A DNA stretch of 64,000 bases from assembly GCA_964016885.1 (NCBI GenBank), contig OZ024757.1, positions 9,672,001 through 9,736,000 of the forward strand. Reading direction: 5' to 3'. Each line of letters begins with the position of its first letter. Within the stretch, counting starts at the first letter, position 1. Shown piece by piece: positions 13,310 through 26,429 of the stretch. This stretch comes from Eledone cirrhosa (lineage: Eukaryota). The notes under the pieces are model-generated. The model did no database searches. It was not told where the DNA came from and saw nothing but the letters and a program-made list of their open reading frames with translations. Both the position numbers and the translations under genes were made by a program.

Positions 13310-13579
13310 TACTCTCTCACCCTCTCTCTCTTTCCCCTCTCATACAACCCCTTCTTTCTCTTTCTTTCCCCTCTCACACAGCCTCTTCTTTCTTTCTCTT
13401 TTTGCCAGTCCCTTCTCTCTCTCTCTCTCCCTCTTCCTTTTTTGTCTCTTTCTTTCTGTCTCTGTTTCCCTCCTATAGACATTCTCTCTCTCTCTTTCTG
13501 CTCTCACTCAGCCTTCTCTCTCTCTCTCTATTTCCCCTCTCACACAGTCTTCTCTCTCTCTCTTTCCCCTCTCACACAG

Positions 13580-13626
<47 letters not shown>

Positions 13627-13700
13627 CTCTCACACAGCATTCTCTCTTTATTTCCCCTCTCACACAGCCTTCTCTCTCTATCTATCTATCTCTCTCTCTG
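13310..13700. repeat. CT-rich minisatellite (tttcccctctcacacagccttctctctc units)
   Basis: Direct reading. Confidence 0.8.
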
Positions 13701-14348
13701 GAGATTTTTTAACACAAAGTCACACAAGGATTAGAAAAATGGCGATAATCACTTTGAAAGTAACAATTATGCAATAAATAGTTGTTATTGCCACGTCTCG
13801 TATCCTCCTTTGGCAATGTGTAAAATGTTAGCGAGATCGAGTGAACAATACACAAGTTATAATACTTTACAGACGGGACTTATATAGTAGATGTAGCAAA
13901 ATGCGTAGATTACGATTCTTGAGACGAGATTAAAATATACGATTATGGGATATTTTAAGAAGACGAGTAGATGTTTGAGTAGATTTAGCTGCTTTTTCTA
14001 GCATATTTAGTTATACTTTGAAGCACATTTTTTTTGTTACTATTATATTAAAAGTTATCTGGTTACGTTATTTGACTGGTATTTCTAGCATTTTACAAGG
14101 ACCACGCGTGTGTTTTATTTAAGGAAGATCTAGTTGTTATTTCTGATATTTTCTTCATCAAGTTAGTTGCTATTTCCTGCATCCTCTTGAAGACAAGGAA
14201 TAATAATGAATTAGCTGCTGTTTCTAGTAGGTTCTATGGAAGTGATGAGCGTGGGAGGGAGGTTTGACTGCTATTTTTAGCAGGTTCTAAGGCATTGAGG
14301 TTTATGTTTTACGAGAGATTTGGCTGTTATTTCTAACATGTTATAATG

Positions 14349-14390
<42 letters not shown>

Positions 14391-14638
14391 AAGATATACA
14401 GAGAGAGGGAGTATAAGATATAGAGAGAGGGGACAACCGCCGATGTTTACGTTGAGAAAACCTAATAAAATGTTATAAATGGGTTTATAAAGAACAGAAT
14501 GAGATAAACAAGACAAAGTTAGATAAAATAAGCAGCTGTAAGGATATTATACGATATATTTATAATATTTTAATATATTTTTCCTGGTCGTCTGCTGCCA
14601 TTGATAGAGAGAGGAGTGGTGGGAGTAGAGACCGATAC

Positions 14639-16623
14639 ACAGCTGTTAAGAGAGAAGCTAGACGTCAGGTGTACTTAGCACGCACGGAGGCTGAGAGTAG
14701 GAGGTTTGCCAATGTTCTGTGATGGGAAGATCAGAGGCGTGCGTTGTTCCACATTGCAAGGCAGTGTGTCAGTGTAAATCGGGATGTTGTTGGAGATAAG
14801 TGTGTCCGGAATGATGACGGTGTACTTAGTGTTACGACTTATCAAAATTAGGAGGCCTGGAAATGTCATTATGAGAGGCTGATGAATGTGGAGAATGAAT
14901 GGGAGAGAGGGAAACTATCCCCAGTAAACCCGACAGAGGGACCAGCTATTGAGATTGGCCAATATAGGGTACAAGAGGCAATTAAGGAAATGAAAAATGG
15001 TAAGGCAGCTGGACCGTCCGGGATAGTTGCTGAGATGCTGAAGGCATCAGGAAAAGTAGGCACTAAACTGGTTGTACACATCATCAATCAAGCTATATAT
15101 GGTGGTGTCATACCCAAAGACTGGTGCTGCAGTATTCTCATAAATTGGTACAAAGGTAAAGGGGATGCTCTGTAGAGGAGCAATTATATGGGCATAAAGC
15201 TGATGGATCAGGTTATGAAAGTGGCAGAGAGAATATTAGTGCAACTAATTAGAGAAAGGGTCAAATTAGATGAGATGCAGTTTGGTTTTGTGCCTCAGAA
15301 AAGTACAACATGCCCTCTTCTTAGTGAGACAACTACAAGAGAGGTTCTTAGAGAAGAATAAGTCACTATACTTAGCTTTTGTTGACTTAGAGAAGGCCTT
15401 TGATAGGGTACCCCAATCTGTCATTTGGTGGTCCCTAAGGAAACTAGGTGTAGAGGAATGGCTTCTGAGGACAGTGCAAGCTGTGTTCAGGGGGTGCTGT
15501 CAGTAAATTGAGGGTAGGAATGGAGTCTAGTGAGGAGTTCCAGATACAAGTAGGTGTACATCAGTGTTCGGTCCTCAGCCCGCTCTTGTTTATTATAGTC
15601 CTCCAAGCCATAACAGAGGAGTTTAAGACTGGATACCCATGGGAACTTCTCTATGCTGATGATCTGGTTCTTATAGCAGAATCAGTAGAGGAGCTAGAGA
15701 ATAAAATCTGGCTATGGAAACAGCAGTTGGAAGCAAGAGGACTGAGAGTGAACATAGAAGGACAGAGAGGACAATACTCTGATTACATCAGGGAAATGGC
15801 CATGTTCGATATGTAGAAAAGGAACTGGCATAAACTCTATAAAATCTACGTAATGCGGATCTTGGGTACACAAGAGATGTAGTGGGATAGCAGGTAAACT
15901 AACAGGTATGGAAAACTATGTATGCAGTAGATGTACAAGGAAAGTTGACTGTAGTGATCACAGTGATAGACACATTTTTCCAATGCATATGGCTCTATAG
16001 AAGTGGTTGAATAGCTTCCGGTACCTAGGTGATCAGATTAGCATGGGAGGAGAGTGTTCCGAGGCCATAGTATCTAGAATAAGGACGGGTTGGAAGAAGT
16101 TTAGGGAGCTGCTTCCTCTGTTCACAAATAAGGGTTTCTCCCTGCATACGAAAGGCCGGTTATATGATGCCTGTGTGAGATGTGCAATGCTGCATGGTAG
16201 TGAGACATGGACAGCAAGTACAGAGAATATGTGATGGCTGCAGAGAAATGAAGCGAGCATGCTCTGTTGGATGTGCAATGTCAATATGCGTGAACGACCA
16301 AGCATAGACGAGTTGAGAAAGAAACTGGATATAAGAGGGATAAGTTGTGTGCGGGAGAGAAGACTGAGATGGTATGGACATGTGATGAACATGGAGGATG
16401 ACCACTGGGTAAAGAAGTGCCAAGAAATCCCGGTAGAAAGAAGACACAATAGAGGAAGACCACGAAAAACATGGGTGGAGGTGGTGAGAGCAGACCTCAG
16501 ATCACTGAAACACACGGAGGAGATGACGAAGGACCGTGACAAGTGGAGTGATGCTGTGCTGAATAGGACCCGTCCCACGCTTGCAAGCAGAGAAAAGCGG
16601 TTATAAAATGATGATGATGATGA
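14639..16623 (+). mobile_element. 5'-truncated, decayed RTE LINE (subfamily B)
   Basis: Fragmented ORFs 14882-16606 with KAAGPSGIVAEMLKA, AFVDLEKAFD, YADD and RRLRWYGHV; (GAT)n tail. Confidence 0.93.
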
Positions 16624-16764
16624 CTAAAGCTAGTGCATGGATCAAATATAAATTTAAGAATGTAAAAATACATCTTCAAAATATATTTTTAATATATTTA
16701 TAATAAAAAGTTCAACTACATCTTTCAGTCTTAAGTATATAATCTGTTATACTTCAAATGTAAT

Positions 16765-16930
16765 AATTGTTTCTACTTTTGGCACAAGGCCAGCAATTAC
16801 CCCAGTGCGTTACTGGTAATTTATTTTATCAAAGGCAAATTATCCTCGGCAGGATTTCAAACCAGACCGTAAAGGGCCGTAACTCTGTGCTGCAAGCATG
16901 GTGTCCGACCTTCTACCAATCCACTGCCCT
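16765..16930 (-). mobile_element. tRNA-derived SINE (family 3)
   Basis: Homologous to 23921-24106 (cccagtgcgttactggta, aaaggcaaa, ccaatccactgcc). Confidence 0.8.
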
Positions 16931-17224
16931 AGTCAAGGTGTAATAATAACAATAATAAATATTAGGGCTAATGATTATACAACTAGAGAATTATTTTTAA
17001 AATTATTAATAATAATTTTACAATAATATATTAGCAAATACAATAAAATAATTAATCAATGTAGAGTAAAAAGCTGAATATTATTAAAATTTATAAAAAA
17101 ATTAATACAAAAAATGTTATTAATAAATTATATTTCACCTCTGTATTATATTTGTTGTTTTACATTGAGCTATTGTCATACTTGTAATTGGATAATATTT
17201 AATATTACTGACATTATATATATG

Positions 17225-17519
17225 TATATATCCAGGGAGTGTAACACGGAGTTACTGTAGGTTCACCTGGGTGAGCACTCCATCTTTAGGTTCACATCTG
17301 TAGTGAAGTGTAGAGCTAGACAGAGTGTAATAGAATAATACAAGGACAAAAGGTTACACCTTCATTACTTTTATTAGTTGGTGACACGTGTTTCGTTATT
17401 GATCAGCTCAAGGTTTGATCTGTATTGATACAGATCAAACCTTGAGCTGATCAATAGTGAAACATGTGTCACCAACCAACAAATGTAATGAAGCAGTAAC
17501 CATTCGTCCTTGTATTATT
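17225..17519 (-). mobile_element. Fold-back stub: palindrome 17334-17519 plus a one-sided tail, with the 3' half of a hammerhead in each arm; probable Penelope-like end
   Basis: About 90-bp arms around 17426; arms read GAAAC-ACGT-GTC (minus) and GAAAC-ATGT-GTC (plus, 17459-17470). Confidence 0.65.
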
Positions 17520-17544
17520 ATGTATGTATATATATTAACACAAT

Positions 17545-20500
17545 TCATCATCATCGTTTAACGTCCATCTTCCACGCTAGCATGGGTTAGATGGGAAATG
17601 ATCGGGTGACCATGTCTCGCTCGTATAGGACTGTATCTGGCAGGTTTTCTACAGCTGGATGCCCTTCCTAACACCAACCACATTTCCAGTGTGGACTGGG
17701 ACCCTTTTCGTGATGACACCTACACGACCTCTTTAGTTTGGACTGGATGTTGTGGTACCAACATAACTTTACAGAGACAGGGTGGTGTTGGTGGGAGTGG
17801 GAGGATGGAGTAGGGGTTGTGGGTTGGGGTGTATATTTGGTTAGGAGGGGCCTACTGACTGTAGGTTAACTTTACACATAGGGAAGGCAGGTCTTCTCTG
17901 TTACTGTGTGGCACCATAGATCTCGATCCAGTGACATTGTCTAAGAGAGGTGTAAGTGTGCAAGGTTGGATTTTATGTCGTCCCAGGTTTTTCTGGGTCT
18001 ACCTACTCCATAACTTCCATCAATTTTGATCACCCTGCACTTTTTTATAAAGCTGTCATCTTTCATGCGCATCACATGACCATACCAACGTAATCTTCAC
18101 TCAAGTAAACAGCATCTGATCCCTCTTATTCCTAATTCTCACTTAGTTCCTTTATGTTTTGCCCTTCATGTATCTTACAATTACACATCCAACAGATCAT
18201 GCATGCCTCATTCCTTTCCAATCTGTGCAGGTCCTCTGCACACAATGCCCATGTCTCACTGCCATGTAACATTGCTGTTTGTATACAGGCATCATACAAC
18301 CTGCCTTTCATTTTTAGAGAGAAACTTTTTGTGTCTAGCAGCGGTATAAGCTCTCTGAACTTTCTCCATCCCGTTCTAAGTCTCGCTCCTACACTTTCAG
18401 AGCACCCTCCACCACTGCTGATTTTGTCACCCAGGCAATGGAAAGTGTCCACTATTTCTATAGAACCATCTGGGCAGTAGAAGGTGCTAGTATCCTGTGG
18501 GTACTTGCTGCTTATTTCACATGAGCATCGGCCACATATAAAATCTACATTCTTAGATAGCTTACCTGTGATCTCACTACATCTTTTATGTATCCATAGT
18601 TTGCATTTGGGACATAGAATGGAATTTCTACCTACTCCTTTCCTACAAACAGAACATGGCACCAGTGCCCTATTTTCTTTTCTACATACTAGACCTTTAG
18701 TCTTAGACAAGTTAACTTTAAGGCCTTTTGATTCAAGGCCATGCCTCCATTTCTAGAATTTCTTCTGTAGTTCAGCCATAGATTCGGCTAGGAGAGTTAG
18801 ATCATCTGCATATAAAAGTTCCCATGGGCAGCTAATCTTAAAGCCCTCTATTATAGCCTGAAGGGCAATAATAAACAGGAGGAATCTAAGGATGGGGCCT
18901 TGCTGAACACCTACTTTTACACTAAATTCTTCACTATATTCATTGTTAATTCTAACCTTGCTGACTGTTTCTTTATACATGGCTTGTAGAGCTCTCACAA
19001 GCCATTCATCTACTCCTACATGTCTAAGGGCCCACCAGATAATGGAGCGGGTGTGACTGTCAAAGGCTTTCTACAAGTCAACAAAAGCTAAGTATAAGGG
19101 GTTTACTTTTATCTTGCTACTTCTCCTATAGTTGCTGTACAAGGAAAAAAAGCATCTGTGGTACATTTACCTGGCACGAACCCAAACTGCATTTCATCTA
19201 GATCTATTTGGTCTCTGATTAGTTGTGCTATAACTCTTTCTGTGACCTTCATGACCTGGTCAACTACCTTAATGCCTCTATAGTTTCCATTATCTAGGGC
19301 ATCTCCTTTACCCTTGTAGCAGTTAACGATGATACTTCTATGCCAGTCATCTGGTATGACCCCATTCTGTATTACTTGGTTTACTATCTGGGTGTCCATA
19401 GTATGTTCCACCATTCCAGATGCTTTCAACATCTCAACAACTATCTCCAAATCCCAGCTGCCTTGCCCGTCTTCATATCTTTGATTGCCTTACTTACTAT
19501 ACTACCATTAACTTGCACTGCTGGTCCCTCTATTGGATCGATTTGGGGCAGACTATCTTTTTCCCATTTATTCTCCTCATTTAGTAGCCTCTCGTAGTGA
19601 CACTTCCAAGCTACCTTCTTATCAGTATCAGTGAGGGCAAGTACACCATCATCATTACAGACACACTTCTCCCCAACAATATCATGGTTTTCCTTGACAC
19701 TTTCTTTTGCGATCCTGAACACCTAACGTTGTAGAACATGCTTGAACTTTCTATTCTCCGCTTCCCTTCTTGCAGAGTACACTTGTCTCCTAGCTTCTCT
19801 CCTGGCCACATGATAGTGTTCTCTACTTCCCCCATACTTTCCAAGCCTTCTTTCTGGCCTTGATTGACTCCTCCACTTCCAAGTTACTCTCCACCTGCCT
19901 TTAGGTCTGCTCCAGCCACAGATTTCATCTGTCGCCTGCAGCAGGTTAACTTTCAAGAAGTCCCACTGTTCCTCTATATTGCACGTCTCTAATTGCTCTT
20001 CCTTATTGTCAAAGGCATCAACAAGCTTTTAAATTTGTCACTGGCTATGGGGTCCTTCAACTTCCATACTCTTCTCCTCAAGGTAGGCCTCCTCTGTCGT
20101 CGAGTACCTCTATTCCTGACTGTGAGGTAACTAACTACTAGGCTATGTTGGGAGGTGCATTCTTCACGGGGGAGGGATTTAGTGTTTACAACAGACACAG
20201 TCACACCTTCTAGTAAGGATATAATATATCTGGCTGGCATATTCCCCTGATCTACAGGTGATCAAGTGGTTTTCTCATTTTTGAAGTTTGTGTTACAGAT
20301 AGTTAGGTTATTAGTGTCACAAAATTCCAGGATCCTGAAGCCTTCCTCATTTCTAGTACCAAACCCATAGCCTCCATGGATTCCATCATAGCCATCACTA
20401 TGTTGTCCAACGTGACCTTTTAGGTCACCAGCAATAATTATGCAGTCACTGAGGTTTATTTGGGAGGAAGTGAACATTAGCAAATCATAGAACCTGTCTT

Positions 20501-20720
20501 TTATAACATCAAGTAGACCAGATTGGGGTGCATAAGTGGATATTATTGTCATTGTTGTTCTATTTAGAACTAGTCTTATTTTAATTATTCTGTTGTTAAC
20601 TCTATTTATGGCAATTACCTTATCTACCCATTTCTCTGCTAACATAATTCCTACACCACCCAGCCCTATGTCATTTCCCACCCAGAGAGGTTTATAGCAT
20701 TGTTTTTACCCACACACCCC
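17545..20720 (-). mobile_element. Nearly full-length decayed RTE LINE (subfamily C): APE endonuclease, RT and 3' UTR
   Basis: 20262-20681 GVGIML...YAPQSG...IIAGDLKGHVG (APE); RT fragments 18132-19956; (GAT)n tail near 17545. Confidence 0.93.
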
Positions 20721-21519
20721 TCCACCTACTCTCTTGAACATATAACTACTGTATATATATATATATGATTTCTATATATATATATATTACATACATACAC
20801 TATATATAATGTTGGTCAAAGAATGGCTGAAACAGATTGACACCAATGATGTCACAGCTCTTCATTTAATGTCCAATCTGATGAGTTCCACTCCACTTGC
20901 TAAGATCTGGGATGTTGAGATTTGTTACACAAATATCACTAAAACTAAGATACTGGGTTGGTATAACTACATGGTTTGTATGTGGTGTGGTGTGGAATGA
21001 TGTGTCTGTTGTGGTTTGGTATGTGGTGTATTGTGGTGTTTTGATGTGGTGTGTGTGTGCAGAGTGATGTGTTGTTGTGTGTGTGTAGTGTATTGGAGAA
21101 ATTTTACAAACAGCACGTAGAAGGGGTGTGTGAGGAGTCTAACCCCTACAACCCTCTCAGGAATGGGTGAAGAAAAAGAGAAGAAGATTGTAAAGTATTT
21201 TCAAATGTGAATTATTTTTTAAAAAGTCATAATTTGAATTCTCATGAAAGTACCATCAACAAATATTAAAGTTATAAAATTGTTTTTATTTACACATAAA
21301 TGTAGATATTTTGTCATAAATATAAACATAAACCAGTTAAGGTTTATAAAATAAACACATTGATCTTGTTTATTTAATGATGTAGTTATAAGGGTGCCAC
21401 TGTGGACATTTGAAGCTTGGTGGAACCCTTCACTCACCAGGTTGGAACAGATGATTTCTTCCAGAGAAGGAGAGAGAATGAGAGAGAGGAAGTGAGAAAG
21501 AAATATAGAGAGGATGAAC

Positions 21520-21850
21520 AGACCCCAGTGGTAGACTGGTACTTTTTTGTTATCAACCTTGAATGGATGAAAGGCAAAGTTGACCTCAGCAGGATTTAAA
21601 CTCAGAGAGCAGAGAACCAGAACAAATATGGCAGAAAGCATTCTATCTATTGTTTTATAGACTTTAAATAACTGTTTCTACTTTTAACTCAACCCCAGTG
21701 CATTACTGGTACTTTATTTTACTGAACCTGTGAGGAAGAAAGGTAAAGCTAACCTCAGTAGGATTTTAACACAGAATGTAAAGGGATGTAACTATATGAC
21801 ACAAAGCATATCGTCTGACACTCTACTGATTCTGCCAATCCACCACCCTC
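21520..21850 (-). mobile_element. Two adjacent decayed SINE family 3 copies
   Basis: Repeated ccccagtg...actggtact...aaaggcaaagttgacctc motif; head ctgccaatccaccacc. Confidence 0.7.
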
Positions 21851-22004
21851 AACAATGAAATGAAGTGTCTCTATAAGAAACCTTAATGACAAATAATATG
21901 AAGGGGTTCTTTCTACAGAGTGTATTTGTGGATTACAATACAAAACCTCTGAGAATGATTTCTAACATATTTCACCATAATAAATGTTCATTAATATATA
22001 TTGT

Positions 22005-22235
22005 TTTTATTATTATTATTATTTATTAGGTCAGGTGGATTTGCCAGAACAATTCTACTCTCCTTCTTTAGATGTCACAATCTTCCATGGCATTCCTGAG
22101 ATCATTAATCTCCAGCTGGACATCCTGAGACATCTGATCTATGTAGGTCAATCTCGGTCATCCCACTAGGGTCTTACTATGTTTAGGTATCCACCACAGG
22201 AACCAGCTCATCAGGTCATCTTACTCTCAGTAGCA
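22005..22235 (-). mobile_element. Old RTEX/RTE-like LINE 3' end with an inverted 5' piece
   Basis: Minus strand G*PRLTYIDQMSQDVQLEINDLRNAMED...RRRV followed by a (TAA)n tail; plus strand FRYPPQEPAHQVIL adjacent. Confidence 0.5.
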
Positions 22236-22369
22236 ATATCCAGCATATATTGTCCTCCGCTCCCTAGTTATTGTGGTAATCTTCAATATATGGGAGTATA
22301 TTTCTTCCACTTGAGTGAGGTATATATACACACAGACATATATATATATGTTGAGATGTATAAGAGAAG

Positions 22370-22990
22370 GATTGCATATTTGGCATGAATAAGGTTTCTC
22401 TCCATTATGTGTTCTATATCGTTTCAAGACACAGTTCAAGGCAAAATATTTTCCACATGTTTCACAGTGGAAGGGTTTCTCTCCAGTGTGAATTGTCATA
22501 TGTCTTTTCAAGTCACCACTCAACAAAAAAGATTTCCCACATATGGTAGGGTTTTTCCCACAATGGTAGGGTTTTTCTCCAGTATGACTCCACATGTGGA
22601 TGACAAGATTAGAATTATAAGTAAAATATTCCTCACATATTTTACAGTGGAAGGGTTTTTGTCCAGTGTGTATTCTTTTGTGTTCTACAAGGTTAGAACT
22701 ACGACAAAAAGATTTACGACATATTTCAGATGAATAAGGTTTATCTCCTGTGTGTATTCTTTTCTGATCTCCAAGATGGACCTTCTGAGAGAAAGATTTC
22801 CCACATATTTCACATGAAAAAGTTTTTTCCCCTGCGTGTATTCCTTTGTGTTTTACAAAATTAGCACAATGTGAACAAGATTTTCCAGATTTCACATTGG
22901 AAGGGTTTTTCACCAGTGTGTGTTCTTTTGTGAACTCCAAGATAGGTCTTCTGAGAAAGACATTTCCCACATATTTGACAGTAGTAAGAA
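22370..22990 (-). pseudogene. Degenerate C2H2 zinc-finger array (~7 fingers)
   Basis: HTGEKPFHCETCGK-type linkers with lost Cys/His, frameshifts and an insertion (CGKNPTICGK). Confidence 0.85.
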
Positions 22991-23696
22991 ATGTAGATAT
23001 CGTTAATATATGCTATGTAGTCTAATATACAAAGGGTCCATAAAAGACTGCAGAACTCCGCTTTCTTCTTCTACAAAGTTGTAATGTAGCATTTAGTTGG
23101 TACAAGTAATAAGATATATGACAGCCCAAGACTGATTTTCGCCGAAGAAAATTCAAGCATATATTATATAATTCAATCAGAGGGGGGGGGGGATAGAAAG
23201 ATGTTTGTGTGTGTAGAAATATGTGTGTGTGTAGAAATATGTGTAAGTGTTGTAATAAATCAAGATATTTCACTTCAGATAGAAAAGTTCACAATGTTTG
23301 TGTTGTGGTGGAAAAGGAAATAATACGACTTTAGTTCTCAAGACCAAATATAAAGTCAAGAAAAGTTAGTACAAACTAAATGATCACTGATTTCTGATTA
23401 AAATAATATTTTCCTGTCCTGTAAAATGTTGAACAACCACTTCAATATTTAATAATACAGGAGATAAAACATCAACTATAAGGTAAATAAGTCACCTTAT
23501 GTTATTTACAAACATTAACGTCCACCTTAATATGAAATAATCACCATAAAAGATAAAATTAGATGAGGTTTAAGTTGTAACAATGGAGCTGATATAAATG
23601 GTAATATTTCACCGTCCAGTTGACACCGGTGTCATGACTTAAAAGTCCCCCACATAATTTAATACATTCAGAAACAACTTCCGTTATATGAACTAG

Positions 23697-23830
23697 CAGA
23701 AAACCACCCGAAGGTAGCATGTGTAGTGTGTATATTGATATTATACGCAGGTATATATGATACATATATATATACCTGCGTATAATATCAATATACACAC
23801 TACATATGCTACCTTCGGGTGGTTTTCTGA
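23697..23830. repeat. Local inverted duplication (~60-bp arms)
   Basis: cagaaaaccacccgaaggtagcat...cgcaggtatata / tatatacctgcg...atgctaccttcgggtggttttctg. Confidence 0.9.
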
Positions 23831-23920
23831 TAGCATGTGTATATTGATATTATACGCAAGTATATATATATACATGTAGATATGATACATCAAATAAAAT
23901 CGTAATTGACAATATATAAT

Positions 23921-24106
23921 TGTTTCTACGTTAGGCACAAGACGAGCAAAAACCCAGTGTATTACTGGTACTTTATTTTATCGACCCCGTAAGGATGAAA
24001 GGCAAAGTTAACATCGGCGGGATTTGAACTCAGAATGGCAAGGACCGTAACTCTGTGCGTCAAAGCATGGCGTCCGACCCTCTACCAATACTGCCAATCC
24101 ACCGCC
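23921..24106 (-). mobile_element. SINE family 3 with 15-bp target-site duplication
   Basis: TSD ttgacaatatataat at 23906-23920 and 24107-24121; head ggcggtggattggcag; B-box gagttcaaatcc. Confidence 0.92.
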
Positions 24107-24627
24107 TTGACAATATATAATACACAGAAATTGAACGAAGACTGTGTTACACTGTCTTATGTAATCAGTAACGTAATCCATGATACATTAAAAAAGACGA
24201 TATTATATATAAACTGCATTAGGAGAAAATTAGTGACAGAAAATTAATAGTTTATTGAAGTGATGGCCAACCGGAAGTGTTGGCATTTCAGAAATTTTAA
24301 AGAAGTGAATTTTTAAACAAACAAAATATATTTAATCAACAGCCCCGAAATTTAGTAGATAAATTATGTAATATTCATTCATTATTTATTCAAAGTAATC
24401 TAACTTATTTTATTAATGGGATAAACAATTAGAAACTGTACGCAGTCCCGCGCTCCTTCTTTTATTATAGTTTAGATTCATACGTTCAATAGATATGCTA
24501 GTACTTTATTCAGATTTGAATAAATAACGTTATTAATTTTATATAACTGTTCATATTAAACCAAAACACATTATTAAAGCTAATAAAATATTTAAGTAAT
24601 GGAAAAAAACGAATCAAACAACGAAAA

Positions 24628-24812
24628 TAATTGTTTCTACTTTTGGCACAAGGCCAGCAATTATTCTAGTGTATTACTGGTACTTTATTTTATCGACCTC
24701 GTAAGGATCAAAGGCAAAGTTAACCTCAGTGGGATTTGAACTCAGACCATAAAGGTAGGTAACTCTATGCTACAAAGTTTGGCGTCCGACGCTCTACCGA
24801 TACTGCCAATCC
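24628..24812 (-). mobile_element. SINE family 3
   Basis: Homologous to 23921-24106; flanked by caacgaaaataat on both sides (TSD-like). Confidence 0.85.
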
Positions 24813-25587
24813 AACGAAAATAATGGGAGAGGGCCAGACTTTATATTTCAGTCTGAGCTGTGATTCAGGCCAACCCTACAGACAAAATGACAAAGGTGTT
24901 ACCACAGAGAATAGCCAGAGACACCCACTACAACATCCACCCCACCTCATGGGACTACTTCCACAATTGGGCTGCTGTCTTTCTAATTTTGAGAAGGAAA
25001 TCAGCAGTGTGGGGACAAAGAAGAAGTGATGAGTCAGGCCCCGGTATTTAACTATCGTCCTCTTCTCTCTATTGCAGGTAGTAAAGCCAGGGTTTGTGGC
25101 TGCAGGGAAAATGTTGGAGGCAGAGAATGATACAACCCATGCTAAACCTCCAACTAAAGCTGATACTTGTCTTTTTCAACTGTGGAGATTAGAGACATGT
25201 GGAATGATGTGTCTTGCTTAAGGACACAATGTACCTCCCTAACTGACAATTGAAAACATGATATTACCATATGATGTATAACTTCACTATACAATATATA
25301 TGTGTTTGTATACATATATATAGTATATATTTGTGTATACATTGTCTTATTCCATGAGAGTAACTTGGTCAGTCTATGAACTTCTCATCCGACCCTTCTA
25401 TATGTATATACATGTTTGTCAGTGTGTGTGTACATATGTATATAGAATATTGTCACAACTACTATATACACCATATATACACTATATATAATATTGTCCA
25501 ATATATATAGACTATATGTCATGTTGTCCAAGGGAAAGGCTGATATAGATCAGCACCAGTGACATTACAACTATTATATACACTATA

Positions 25588-26398
25588 CATCATCATCATC
25601 ATTATCATTTAACGTCTACCTTCCACGCTAGCATGGGTTAGACGGGAATTGTCCTACTTGAGGCAAAATTGATGGGGTGACAGTGTCTCGCTCGTATAGG
25701 ACTGTATCTGGCAGGTTTTCTAAGGCTGGATGCCCTTTCTAACACCAACCACATTTCCAGTATGGTCTGGGAACCATTTCGTGATGACACCTACACTACC
25801 TCTTTAGGTTGGACTGGATGTTGTAGTACCAACATAACTTTACAGAGACAGGGAGGATGCAGTAGGGGTGGTGGGTTGGATGTAAATTTGGTTAGGAGGG
25901 GCCTACTGACTGTAGGTTAACTTTGCACATAGGGAAGGCACGTCTTCTCTATTACTGTGTGGCACCATATATCTCAATCCAGTGACATTGTCTTAGAGAG
26001 GTGTAAGTGTGCAAGGTTGGATTTTATGTCATCTCAGGTTTTTTCTGGGTCTACCTACTCCGTAACTTCCATCAAATTTGATCACCCTGCACTTTTTTAT
26101 AAAGCTGTCATCTTTCATGCGCATCAAATGACCATACCAACGTAATCTTCTCTCAAGTAAACAGCATCTGATCCCTCTTATTCCTAATTCTCACTTAGTT
26201 CATTTATGTTTTGCCGTTCATGTATATTACAATTACACGTCCAACAGAGCATGCATGCTTCGTTCCTTTCCAATCTGCGCAGGTCCTCTGCACACAATGC
26301 CCATGTCTCACTGCCATGTAAGATTGCTGTTCGTATGCATGCAACATACAACCTGCCTTTCATTTTTAGAGAAACTTTTTGTGTCCAGCAGCGGTATT
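25588..26398 (-). mobile_element. RTE LINE 3' fragment (subfamily C)
   Basis: Near-colinear with 17545-18345. Confidence 0.9.
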
Positions 26399-26429
26399 AG
26401 CTCATTGTGACATGTGAGAGAAAGCACTC

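Noticed and set aside
4286-13777. Many YI/IY-rich and LS-rich ORFs (also at 34.5-35.8 kb)
   Set aside because: Translations of TA and CT microsatellites and of the N gap
13700-13895. Possible Helitron-type end (...tatatagtagat); also a GC hairpin near 6945-6965
   Set aside because: Only a vague resemblance; termini could not be established by eye
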